From Perna viridis (taxonomy: Eukaryota): 64,000 nucleotides of DNA. Where the stretch lies: contig CM074522.1 of the NCBI GenBank assembly GCA_037379345.1, positions 5,394,001 to 5,458,000 on the forward strand, written 5' to 3'. The notes beneath the pieces were generated by a model that saw only the letters and a list, made by a program, of their open reading frames with translations, did no database searches and was not told the origin of the DNA. Both the position numbers and the translations under genes were made by a program. Of the stretch, positions 12,030 to 24,600 are shown one piece after another. Positions within the stretch are counted from its first letter, which is position 1. The number at the start of each line of letters is the position of its first letter.

Positions 12030-12237
12030 TACTGTAATCCAAATTAATACTTTTTTTTTGCGATTCATGATATCCATTCAGTATCGCTTCTATGTATTTT
12101 CATGAGTATTACACTGCTTAACATGTACTCCACTATAAAGGATCATGTTCACGGCAATTTACTCGCAACCTTTTCGAGCTCACGAAAAAAGCGAATTTCA
12201 AAATAAATCATTCGCAAAAATAAATTGGTTATATAGT
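12030..12237. mobile_element. Degenerate TA-flanked MITE (CTGTAA...TTAYAG family); related fragments at ~6130-6269 and ~9290-9446
   Basis: TACTGTAA at the left end, TTCGCG/CGCAAAA-rich body, ATATAG/TTTACAGTA right ends. Confidence 0.45.
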
Positions 12238-12732
12238 TTTTTAACATACATGACTCAATAAAATTAAAATTTATTTATTTATGCACGTGGAAGGTCAATA
12301 AAGTGTTACTTATTTCAAAGTCAAAGATTGACAGGGTATTTTTAATATGGTAAAGTCCATATAGGTGGTTGTGTTTTTGCAAAAATACTTTTAAGTAAAA
12401 TTAATTAACACACTTTAGGTTATTAGCTCATTAGAGCATAATATGTCAATATGTTAATCTTGACACGCTAGCTCTATAAATAATACTCATAATTGTAGTT
12501 TTATTTAATTTTTTGGCCCAAAACTCAATATATTATACACAGGTGGCATAGTATTATTTTTTTCTCGGACTGAACTGACGTATTTTGCATTGACAATCAT
12601 GGTTGCGTCCTTCTTTGATTTATTTCATTTTTAGGTTCTAAATACGTCACCTGTCCCATGTTGACTAGAATTTATATGATAATGGTCGGGCGGTAATTAA
12701 TTATGTCTAAATTTAAGTTGTAATGTTAAAAA

Positions 12733-12769
12733 ATGAATTTAATATTTTGGGGACTTGTGCTTTGTTTTG
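12733..12769 (+). CDS. Putative first coding (signal-peptide) exon of the giant secreted protein
   Basis: ATG AAT TTA ATA TTT TGG GGA CTT GTG CTT TGT TTT G|GTAGGT (phase 1). Joins to the phase-1 acceptor at 21665 to give MNLIFWGLVLCFGIFKSSRG/KLDIG, a hydrophobic core plus an S-x-G cleavage site. Confidence 0.62.
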
Positions 12770-13232
12770 GTAGGTAAGTTTTATTACAATTTTTCGTTTT
12801 GATATATACAATTTTTATTTTCTTTTTTTGTTGTTGGTAAACGAAATAATGAAGTTTAACGATCTCATCTTCAGTAATAATCGCAACAGTGAAGTAAACA
12901 TAAGGAGAAACGTGATGAAGCCGTTAAATAAATAAATAGTTCTTCTCGAGCAAACAACATTATCTGCCTGTAATGAAAATGAATTAATGATAAGCAATGA
13001 ATATTGAATTATAAATGTGAAAGAATTTTTAGTCCTCAAGACTCACAATTATACATTATTTGTGTCCTGCAAAATAATTACTACGAACGAAACTCTTCGT
13101 GTTTTTATGCTAAGGCCCGTAATGGCTTTTTTTGTCCATTATGCGTCGTTGTTCTGATGGTCATTCAAGCTACACAGACACAATTATTTCACATGATTGT
13201 CAATTGAATTGAGCAAATAAACTTAGTGACAG

Positions 13233-13378
13233 AGTTCACGTCAAATTCGGGTGAATCGAGTCTTCACGTGAAATTCACATTAAATGTTTACATGAAATTT
13301 GTGTTACATGAATTTCACATGAATTTCACGTGAAGCTCGATTAACATGGATTTTACGTTAAAATATCTGCCTGTGTAC
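13233..13378. repeat. Palindromic TTCACGTGAA-rich dispersed repeat (MITE-like); relatives at ~33020-33121, 38180-38397, 51000-51190, 51395-51465
   Basis: IR TCGAGTCTTCACGTGAAATTCA (13256-13277) / TGAATTTCACGTGAAGCTCGA (13320-13340). Shared end ATATCTGCCTGT / TTTGCTTGTGTA. Confidence 0.6.
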
Positions 13379-14891
13379 AGCTACTTTTATAATTTTATAG
13401 ACTCCATAATAAAGCAAACTCAATATCTAAGGGTAAGTATTTGTATGAATCAGGCAAAATGGGAAGAAGCAGAAACCTGCTCGTGAAAACCCCGCCGAAT
13501 TGAAAATATAATTGGGATGCTTTTCAAATTTGCAAAGACCATTGTTTGATCTCTGCATGACTGGATTTGGTCGTAAAATTTTCAATAGAATGTTAGAAAA
13601 GTGAGGGTTTTTGACAGACTTATCTGCCTTTGAAATGTTCATTTTCATTACATTTTAATGAAATTGTAACTCAATGGTCCAGCATGATATGGAAAATCTT
13701 ATTTGTTTTTTCTTGATTCTGATAGTGCAAATAGTCAAATTACACTATCAAAACGATGGGTTTTTCATACCATGTTTCACCCACTGCCTGATTCTTACAG
13801 GGACTGACACTCAAAGATGTTATCAATTTCAATATTTTGAGGTTCACTCGTGTGCATACCTTCAACATATTTCTAGTCAGCAGTGGTTTTTTATATTATG
13901 TAAACTAATCTGATTAATATTATTCAAGATACATCTGAAAGTTTTTTACCTTTAAATATACATGTTCTACACGTTCAGTCTAGAAGGCATTTGCTTTTTT
14001 TAACATTCGCAATGAATTCTCATCGATTCGGACATTTCTGTTGCTAAACTTGAAAATACCTATCCAATAAATATATTCTGTTTTCGGTTTTTAATGAGTT
14101 ATTTCCCAACAACAGCATACGAACCAAACAGATCGGAAGTTCAAGATTCAAAAGTAAAAACTCAAAAATAAAATATCGAAACAGAAAACCAAATCCAGCA
14201 TCGATAAATTCTACCAGAGTAAGTCAAGGGAGCCACATCTTTGTAGCCTCATATCTAATACAAATGTTTCGAATGTTGGTGCTATGGCAAATGTCGGTAA
14301 GTAATATATGATAAATAGTTCGTTGTCAAACACATCTGTCTTCTGGTTAAGGGTATATCCTCGCGAACCTTTATGGCTGAGTTTGTCCTAATTGGAAACG
14401 GAAATTGGTCAAACATCATACTTTTGTACCAGCCACCATCAAACGAAACATTTGTTTGTAGTAAACCAGATATATATCATCAAATAATTTTGTTTGGTCT
14501 ACAAATTTAAAAGTAATTATAACTTATTATAAAAGCGTTTTCATGGTACATAAAAGGTCGGGGTTTCTTTTAAACGGTTGTTTTATGTATTTTAAGGTTT
14601 AAATTAGACTTGCGTACATCAATTAGCAATGTGTGACATATCAAATGAAAGGATGTGGTATAAAGAGTACAATATAAATAGATATAGTTATATTACAAGA
14701 ATAATAATAATTGTATTAACAAATCACTTCAAAATTTATTCAAGTTATTCACCAATATGGTGTGTTTTCTCCGTTGCATTAACACAGTTTTACCAACTGT
14801 TATTCGTATTTATTTTAATTCACCGGACAAGACATCAACGACTCAATTTTTAAAAAGCAGCGAATGCGTACCAAACCAAATACATTAGAAA

Positions 14892-15350
14892 GAGAAATCA
14901 AGGGACGCAAGATTCTTGCGGAAATTTAAACAAAATGTAATTCAGGGACAAAGACCGGACATGGGAAACAGACACACACAACAAAGAACATAACATAACC
15001 AAAATAATACGTACAAAGCAACAAAAGAAAATTAGGAACTCGGATTTCACTTGGGAGCATGGACCAGGTGGTCCGGTATATAGAAGATAATAACCAGAGC
15101 AGACTGCGAGCATGGACCAGGTGGACCGGTACATAGAACATAATAACTAGAGCAGAGTAATCATCTGCCACGTTTAAGAAATATACAACTTACTTATTAA
15201 GAGTAATCAAGGGAACCAAGGTTATAGCGGTAATCAAAAGAATGCAATACAGGGACAAAGACCAGACATGGAAAACAGACATACACAAGAAAGACCATAA
15301 AGTAACCAAAATCATACATACAAAGTAATAAAAGCAAATGAGCAACTCGG
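14892..15350 (-). mobile_element. Two tandem Naiad-type PLE 3' fragments (14892-15078 and 15201-15350) with a local ~53-bp duplication
   Basis: Both carry the GAGWAATCAAGGGA terminus. GAGCATGGACCAGGTGG.CCGGTA...AGAGCAGA is duplicated at ~15055 and ~15108. Confidence 0.8.
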
Positions 15351-17230
15351 TAAATAGTAAAAAGTTGGTCAATCAAACAGGCCTTCCTAGTGATATCTTT
15401 TTAATTATTTTATTCTGTTATATCTGATGACTAATTGTGAAAAATGACTTTTTATTGATGGAGTCGATCTTAAGCTCCTACACTAAAATAACTCGTACAC
15501 TAAGAGGTAAAATGTTAATAATTATTGAAGCTTTCGGCTTTAACATTCATTTTCACATGTGACAAAAAACTAAATAATTTTGACCACATGAATATCTATT
15601 TCTAAATTTTAAATAAAAAAAAACATTGACAGTTATGCCATGTTGTGGTTAATAAAAGATGTTAACTATCAATTTCATATTCAATTTTAAAGCCACAAAA
15701 ACATTAAGTTCTGTAGAACGGGCTTCGTAATTTGATTATTTCGTGATATTGTTTGTGACGTAAAATTGAAGTTTTACAAAACTGCTCATAACGTGCACAG
15801 AGAGAATTTGTACACAAACGTGACTTTTTTCCTATCTACAAGTAATTATTCCCTATTGTTGTTCAAATGTTTAGATATGACAGCCGTCGGTTAAAAATTT
15901 TTTATTGGTTTATTTCCGTCATGACATTTTTAATATTCTAATTATTATTATTATTATTATTATTATTGATGTGAATGATGAAAACGATGATGATTCAAGG
16001 CATTTTGCATTAGATTAGGGCGAAACAATCCGGATTCGTAATCAAGGCCAACATTGAAAACAAGGCGTAACTTAAAAATTAACCATGTTTATGGAAGTTG
16101 TCAATTAAAAAGTGTTTCCCTGTTTACGTGTTATATTCATGCAGATGTTTTTGTTTCATTCGTTTGATTTGATTTGATTTGATTTTTTTTTGGTTTGTTT
16201 GTTTGTCCTTTTTATTTGTTTGTTTGTTTTTGTCTTTGTTTTGTTTTTGTTTTGCTTTGGTTTATACATTTAATCGTTTTGTGGTCTCGCTGTAGCGTGC
16301 TAAGGTTAGATCCCTGGCCGAATGATACTAAGGACTTTAAATTTGCTGCTACACATAGCATGCGGTATGCCCTGTTCAAATTATATTGAATATATTTAAT
16401 AAGGAATTAAACTACAAACAATTAATTATACTTTACAAATTTAATAAAATAATAAACTGCAATCTGCCCTTACTTGTTGTATTACATTAATTACAAAATT
16501 ATCATCATCTTACATTGTAACATAGCTTGTGTTTTGTGAAATGTTTACTACGTGTATATACAAAATATCTTTAAACGGAGAGATAGAAGTTTTCAATGTG
16601 GTAAATTCGCATATCAAGTTCTAAAATCTATGAAAATCAGACGGTGGAAAACCATGGCCTTTAATACAACTTAACATGTATATTTCATAATTTGATAACA
16701 ATAAAACTCAATTTCCCGACTAAAGCATCAAGTACTTATTGTATGAATTAACCTGAATCTTAATATCAATGCGTTTTTTACCAAATCAGATACTGTAAAC
16801 GTGCAAAAACTTGTCCGGATAAGCGCAAGCTGTCCAAAATACAAAGTTAGTAATCATATCAATTAAGCATTAAGGTACATTATATTTGGATATTGCCACA
16901 GTTAAAGTTAAATAAGGCAGTTAAAATCGGATCGTCAAAATAATAAAATAAAACTGATACTTTGGGTGTAATAATTAGATTTTAATAAGATGTGTGTTAT
17001 GAATGCGCATGGTAGGCTGTATTGTATTATAGAAATCCATTTGTTTGGGCGAACACTTTGTTTAAAATAAATATATCATTTTATGAACATACGTTGGATC
17101 ATAATTTTCATTTTCAACTCTGCTGCGCTGCATATTATAACTGTTCAATGGATAAATCATATATTTTATAATGTGAAACATTGTTTCGTCAGAATATTTC
17201 AACTATAGATAAAATATAATATTTTGCTAA

Positions 17231-18145
17231 CAAATTCAAATTCAAATTCAAATTATTTATTGTTCAAACACATTTTTGTTAAATGGTCATGACACAATAA
17301 TAACATAATAACATAATGCACATACATTTGTATAAACAAAACATTGCTATCATTTACATGTATAATGTTGTGGACGACAGTGAACAACCAGAAAATTATA
17401 ACGTTATACTTTGAATGAAAACTTGTTAAAAATCAAACGTATGTTGTTTCCTGTTAGTGAGTTGAAGTAGTATATATTTTTTTTAATTTTAGTTATCAAA
17501 TCATTTCTATAGTTAATGTAGGCGGGACAGTGTATGAAGAAATGGGTTTCATCTTCAATTTTATTTAATTGACATGATTTGTAAATGCGTTCATTAGCTG
17601 GAATGTTTTTGTATCGTCTTCTCTCTATTGAAAGAGAGTGGGTATTAATTCGGTATTTGCAAATTATAAATCTGTCTGATTTGTATTTACATGTATCAAC
17701 GTAAGATGGTTTTTTGTTAACCTTATAGATTTAAAAACAAAACAGAAGTTTCTTATTATCTCTGAATGAGTTGATTTTGAATACTTTGATCAATGAGTTG
17801 ATTTTGAATACTTTGATCAATGAGTTGATTTTGAATACTTTGATCAATGATTTGAATACTTTGATCAATGATTCTTTGCTTTACATGTTATATATTATGT
17901 TTAAGTATCTGTTAAAATGTAATTAAAACTAAGTTCTTTTATCCAATTGTGAACTGTTGTTAGCCATTTATTATTTTGTGGAATATTTTTATATATTTCA
18001 TTTACAAGGGTGTTGTTGGAGTTGATAATGCTAAGAAATGACCTGCGCGAATGACAAAATGTGATTTTAATTTACTTTTCCTTTCTCTATAATGCTGCTG
18101 ATGTAACTGTGCTAGAATTGTATTGAATAAACAATGATATAACTG
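17231..18145 (-). mobile_element. RTE-X-like LINE 3' end (decayed ORF2 C-terminus with CCHC knuckle, AATAAA and (TTTGAA)n tail)
   Basis: Minus strand 17640-17505 reads HSLSIERRRYKNIPANERIYKSCQLNKIEDETHFFIHCPAYINYR. This matches the H.L.IE.GR...R.C..C...EDE.HF...CP.Y...R motif, with the first Cys mutated to Tyr. The tail appears as (TTCAAA)3 on + at ~17233-17251. Confidence 0.75.
17765..17872. repeat. 27-bp tandem repeat (3 full + partial copies) inside the LINE relic
   Basis: AATGAGTTGATTTTGAATACTTTGATC at 17765, 17792, 17819, then truncated copies. Confidence 0.9.
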
Positions 18146-19125
18146 TACCTGGTTTAAAAAAAAAATCTCAAATTGAAAATTTCCCAATTTTTTTTCTAAC
18201 CTCAAACTTCGATCAATCATTGATATTGAGATTTTTTTTAAATCTCAATTCAAGATTTTTTATGAAACTCATGCCCGATAAAAGGGAAAAAACTGCTAAC
18301 ATATTTGTAGATTAAAAGGTTTGCTGAGATAGTTTGTATATCATATATACATGTATATGTAACATAAGGCAATTAAAAACATAACAAATAATATATACAT
18401 TTGCACTCTGGTGTAAATATAAAACTTGCTGAGAAATGATGTATTTAAAAAATAAAGGAAATCTAATTTAAGTATAGAACATGATCGTAAAGTACTCAAA
18501 CAACTAAATAAAATGCCTATGGAATTATATGACATTTAACCTTCATTAACATCATACGTAACTATTTAAAAAAATCTTATCAGTGGCATGAGGTGTTAAT
18601 GCATAAGAATCAAAGTCTATCATTTGACTTTAACTGTTCAGTTGGAAATATTTATGACATAGCATAATACTTACAAAAATAACATGATTGCTTATTTGAG
18701 AATTCCCTGTGATAAAAAATACAAGTGACCAAAATTATAATCATTTTAGGAGGTAGACCTGGGGTAAGGGATATATCTCTTGAAATCAGTGATATGTTTG
18801 TATCACATTCAATTTCGTCAGAGCCTGTCAAGCTTTCATTTGAAATAGAATGAAATAAATCCAAGTCACTTTGATGCTTACCTGATACTGATGTAAAATG
18901 CATTACACAAACATTCCAATGATTTGTAAGAGTTATGTCCCTTACCCTAGATCTACCTCATTAATCACAAGTTCTATTATTATACTTTGATCGATATAAA
19001 AATCAGAGGAAAGACCATAAATATGATTTGATCGTGATTTAGGGCGGTGACAAATTTAACATGGTTCCTTACAAATAAAAATATATATACGGCTTCGTAT
19101 TTATTTACCTCCTCGACTATTTCTA

Positions 19126-19265
19126 GGTGTACCTTCTCTATGCTCCATTTTTAGTGAATTACAGGTTGCTCATAAGTGTGTGTGTGTGTGTGTGTGGTGT
19201 CTATATTCCTGGTCTAATCATCATTCCTTATAATTTCCGTATGAATTTTGGTTCCCTTGAATACC
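19126..19265 (+). mobile_element. Degraded Naiad-type PLE 3' fragment with (TG)n
   Basis: ATGCTCC..TTTTTAGTG..GTTGCTCAT and TTTTGGTTCCCTTGA terminus. Confidence 0.6.
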
Positions 19266-21074
19266 CTTACATGTAAACTTTAATTAATTTGAACTCCAAA
19301 TTGAGTCGAAAATGTTTAGTCAGCATTATTTTTCATCCATCATGTCATGTACATGTGATCTTACAATGCCTGGCTATTTTAAAAGGGTTCAAAGATGAAT
19401 CATCATGTTGTTAAGGCAGAATACGAATTGAGAATACAAAAATACATTACGACATAGTTTTGTTCCCTAATTTTTCGTTGTACTATCACACATATAAGAC
19501 TATAAACTCCAATCGGACTGAAGGATTTGAAATAAAACAGTTACAATCCTTCATGCCCAGTATCAAGTATTTTTGGTTTAATGTGTAAGATGATATATGT
19601 CTAAAATGTTTCAAGTTTACAACATGTATGGAACACAATATAAGTATATGATCAAGTGAAAACACGTAATAATTGTGAATGAACTTTACATTGCAGAATC
19701 AGGAACTGTTAATGCAAGATTACAATAATCTGATTATAAGAAGAACACAAATATTATGTGGAGCAGATATTCACTTAAACAAATGCAGTATTGACATGAA
19801 ATAAGTAAATTGTACTAATATAACCGAATGTGACTTAAACAACAGCATTTCGTTCTAAAAATAGTTAAATAATTATTATATCTTCACCAAGTTTATGTAT
19901 ATATTCAGTTTCATTGACACCAGTGACAAACAAAGGACAACATGAAATGAATACTAAATGACCCAAGTTAAAAACGGTTTATTTAACTTCTTCTATTTTG
20001 GTCTACTTTAGCGTCCTTTTCACTGAGATTTAAGCTAAGGGGAAGATTTAATCGTCTTTGTTCAGCATTTATTGTGTTTTCTATATTCCTTCTCTTTTTT
20101 ATTGTCCCAAACTTGGTGTATATAAAAGAGACATGAATATTTTGCATTTGATATATTTTTAGTTTCTAAAATATACTTTCAATATTCCTTAAAATCATAT
20201 ACAGTGTATTTTGTTAATAAGAAGCGCGATAAATCAATAAATTATCATGTGATTTGCAAAAGACACAATTAGCAATTTTCTTAAACTTTAGACATATCAT
20301 GTATATATTTTATATTGTAAACTATCACAGGAATGCACTTATAATATAAAGAAATAAACATGCAAATCTTTAAATGGGGTTAAAACATAAACTGGTGTGT
20401 GGAATACAAATTTGTACATTTAAGTTATAGTCTAACACAAAACCAGTTTCTAACATGCAGATGCTATTTTAAAATAAGACATACTAAAATATTATTACCT
20501 TTTATATAATGTAACGAATAAATGATGACTACAAGTTTTATATAAAAAATATTGTAATAACATTGAGTTAATAACAATTAAAAGATATTTTATATTTTTG
20601 CATTCAAGTTGCATTGCTTGTTTATTTTTAGTTGACACCATCTTGTGATACTTACGTTTTTTTCGAAAACAAGTGTGATCTTACTGAATATTAATGTTGG
20701 GATTCTTTAGATAAATATCTGATCGCACCTGTGATTATAGTTCAAGTAATACTTTCCAGGTTACACTGTCTAAATATTCTTGTTTTATTTTGAAAAAAAT
20801 ATAAACAGGAGGAATAAAATTAAATAAAATTATGTAAGATTTGTTTCCAACACATTTGTAGTGGATTTGTTTAGATGTAATGTGGCAAAATAAGTATAGA
20901 TATGGCTTGTAACAAATTTATTTATTAATCCTATTTTCAAACAGTTAAATAAAAACTGTATGTTTATTGAAACAAGTAAATGTGTTTTTTTTTTTCTTTT
21001 AATCTTTCCAATGAATTACAAAATCTACAAGGTATATGGTCAGAAATGTGACCTATATTTCTCATATAAAATGT

Positions 21075-21270
21075 CCATGCCCCGCCACACAAGTTGCAAG
21101 GTATTGTATAATACCCTCCAAAAGTGTGTCCGTCCGCTTGTCCCCCTATCTCCCGACAACGTACAAATGATAACTTAAAAACGGACCTATTAATTGTTTT
21201 GAAACTTTGCAGGTTGTTAAGTACTTAAGATACAGATAAAGTTAAATTATCAGAAAAATTCAGAATCCAT
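21075..21270 (+). mobile_element. Helentron/HINE-like fragment
   Basis: ATGCCCCGCC...GTCCGTCCG motif followed by ATAACTT...TTGAAACTTTGCAGG, typical mollusc HINE body motifs. Confidence 0.5.
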
Positions 21271-21664
21271 TCTTCGGGGGTTTAAGCATTTCGTCATCGT
21301 CCTTTTCTTTCACCATTACGTGGCAGGGTATCTCTTAATTTTCCATTAATGCGCTATTTTTGTCAAATATTGTTTAGGTGTGTTCATGGTTTGAGTTATA
21401 ATATTACGGCATGTAACTTTAAGTATGCATACATTAATCAGCATATTCAAATTATCGTATATCGTATGTATTTATTTGCGATCGATTTGCCTTTCAAATG
21501 CAGTGTATAAGTGTACAATGGTAACTGTTTATTGTTTCAGATTCAGTTTTATTTCATCTGTTATATATCATACCTACTGTGAACTTCCATTCACTTACAC
21601 ATATTAATATATATATGAAATAGTAATACAGTTTTATTATCTTTAATGTGACCTTTCTTTCCAG

Positions 21665-24600
21665 GCATATTTAAAAGTTCAAGAGGAAAATTAGATATTG
21701 GGGATTTATCGTTTCAAATTTTCCAGCCTGATACGGAGATACCAATCATCGAATCAAATGGAAGGCTCTTTGTTCCCTTTGTTGTGAAATACAGCTTCCC
21801 GTCAGATGTTTCTTCAGCAGTTTTGGAAACGAAATTACGTCGTTATGTCCAGGAAATGCTCAAGAACCGCAACCCTGATGGGTCACAGAAGACCGACTCT
21901 TCACCGGGACAAAACAAAATTTACAAAACATCGAACAGTTCGGTCCTTGTGTCATCAAAACACGCTCTCGATAACACACTTGATAACAGGAAACCGTCAG
22001 CATTTAAGTCAAAGGGTATTCCTGTGGTATTTCCTGCATCTGAAAAGAAATCTGCTAAATCTGAATTAGTAATGGGAATACCAGTAGAGTTATATGATGA
22101 GAACAAAAGCACAACAAATCTACAAAAGAAAACAAGAAAGCAAATTGCAGCATCCTTTGGCATCAAGGAAGGTGTTTTGTGGGGCAAGACAGCGAAAACT
22201 GGTGAAAAAAGCAAAGAACGCAATAAGAAAATTGATATTTATTCAAGAACAAAAGGAGGTGTTGAATTGATTGGACAAAGTTATAAAGGAACAAAGAACG
22301 TCATTCAAAATAGTAGGAACAGAAATGAAACGAAACTAACATTAGGCTCAATAATGGGATTAGACATACAATCTGATGAACGATTAAAACCAGATAATAT
22401 AAAGACAAAGAAACGAGAAGATAACTTTGTACTTTGGCAAATACCAGGATTTTACCAAACTGGCTCTGTTCCTAACCATCAGAACCATAATCCAGGCGGT
22501 TCAGGATTATCTAAAAATACCAATGAAATAAATAGGGTTAATCGGTTAAATCAAAAAGTCTGGACAAAGAAACATAGTTCACCTAAGCCTTATTCTGTCA
22601 CTAGAGGACATACCTTATGGAAACCTAAACCAACTACAATAAGTAGTAATCCTTGGAAATATCATGTACCCCAAACAAAGGACAAAATTTCGTTGCAGCA
22701 TCCAAATCGTGAAACGCAAAGTTCAGTCAGGAGAAAACCTAAAAGCCCAGACATAAAAGTCACAAATTTATTGAAACACAAAACCATTGATACAAACTCG
22801 AAAGATCCATGGCAATATTTCTCTGATACTAAAGGCGGAAATTTATGGAAACATAGTTTCATCAACACAAAATTCTCAATGTCCATACCAACTAACTCTG
22901 AAAATTCAAAAGGGACAGTCCCGTGGAAACAGAATTCGTTCATAAAAGCAACAACCCTATGGAAACCAAAACCCGTTCAAACAGAAGAAGCACCTAAGCA
23001 AAAGAATTCTGAAAGCCTTAACAACAAAGAAGCAATCCCGTTGAATCAGCATGCATTCACAAAAGAAGCAACTCTCGGGAAATCGAATACCGCGAAAACA
23101 AACGAACCGACTTTTCCTTTGAGGCCTTCAACTGATCACACAAGTGGAACATTTTCCCGATTAAAACCAAAATCAGTTATTACAAAAGGAGTTGAACCGT
23201 TAATACATTTTCCCGTCACGAAAGGAACTAATTTGTGGAAATCTGGGACTGCCAAAACAAAAATGTTTTCTTCTCAATTGAATCTAAAATCCATCAATAC
23301 AAAAGCGGCGACTTTTCAGCAGAATTCTAAAAGTGACAACTCAGCATCACGCAAACATAGTTCTTTCACTAAAGGGACAAGTTGGTGGAAGACACAAATT
23401 ACCGATAAGATTGACAATCAACCCCAAAAAACTGACGCTGGTTTAAAAAGTTCATTTCTTCCTAAAAGGAACGATTTACAAATGAAAAAGAAAATAAACG
23501 ATTCTTTTAAGCAGGAAATGGAAAGAAAAATGACGATCAACAGTTTATCGCAAAAACCACCAATACCACCTCCACCTGTAATACGGCGCACAATCACCAA
23601 ACAGAACGTACAAATGGATAAAAAAGCGCAAAGGAGAAATAAAAAGACGGATGTACACAAAATAAGGACAAGTTATGTACAGCATTCTGATACAAATATA
23701 AAAGAAGAACCACAAGTTGATATTTGGGCTCAAATATTAAATTCGTCAGAAAAATCAAGGAAAACTGAAATTGCCAATACGAAAAAGAAAGATCAATTGT
23801 CGAAAATAAAACAGAAAACACCAATTAACGAGCCTACAAACCCAACGTATGAATTTCAAAACGATCACAGAAATTCGAGAAGAAACGAGGAGGTTACTTC
23901 TAATACAAAGGCCGGAGACAGTGGCATGTTTAGAAAATCAAAGGATATTGACACAATGAGTAAAAAACAAAGATATAAACAGAATCTGAAAAATCAGAAC
24001 AGTTTACAAAAAAGTCAGGGAAACTCGGGGATGTCACGCAAAAGTTATATCAATCACAATCAGCAGATGACAACGACCAACAGCTTACTTGCCAATTTTA
24101 ATGAAGAAACAATTCCTCCCGATGAAACTCCAGCGCTATCTCCAACAAATGACAATGGGCATATTGATAAAAGTATAAATATGCAAGCTCATAGAAATGA
24201 TCGAGTGTATAATCCAAAATTGAAAAGGAGAAAGGATTTAATTGCAAAGTATAATGATTTGAAAGGAAAGATTTCAGTTCAGGAAAATAACTTAAAGGGT
24301 AGGATTAAAAACTTGCTGTATAGGAACAGTGTCTTGAGTAAAACGACAGAGAATTCAAATGATAAATTAGAAAGTACTAATCTGGATGAAAAAACAGAGT
24401 CAAATAGAAGAGTAGCTTCATTTTTAAATTCTGTTAAAGCGCCAGTTCAAAAGATTGGTACAGCTCTGTCAGTTATGAACTCAAAGAAATCAAAACAACC
24501 TACGGAGTCGGAAACTAAAACCTATCAAAGCAGACAATATAATGTGTTTGATTCTACAAGTCCATCTTATGAGAGATCTAACAAAAATATTAGAATAAAA

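Noticed and set aside
14263-14302. MFRMLVLWQMS|GTAAGT as an alternative signal exon for the giant gene
   Set aside because: Phase 0 is incompatible with the phase-1 acceptor at 21665, and the hydrophobic core is weak.
16280-16370. tRNA-like B-box sequence (GGTTAGATCCC), also SINE-like tracts at ~34300-34655
   Set aside because: No cloverleaf can be built. At most these are decayed SINEs, too degenerate to call.
21784-21786. ORF-track start of the 2358-aa ORF (and the ATG at 59312 of the 673-aa ORF)
   Set aside because: The first is a GTG inside an exon whose frame opens at the 21665 acceptor. The second is intronic sequence upstream of the 59390 acceptor.
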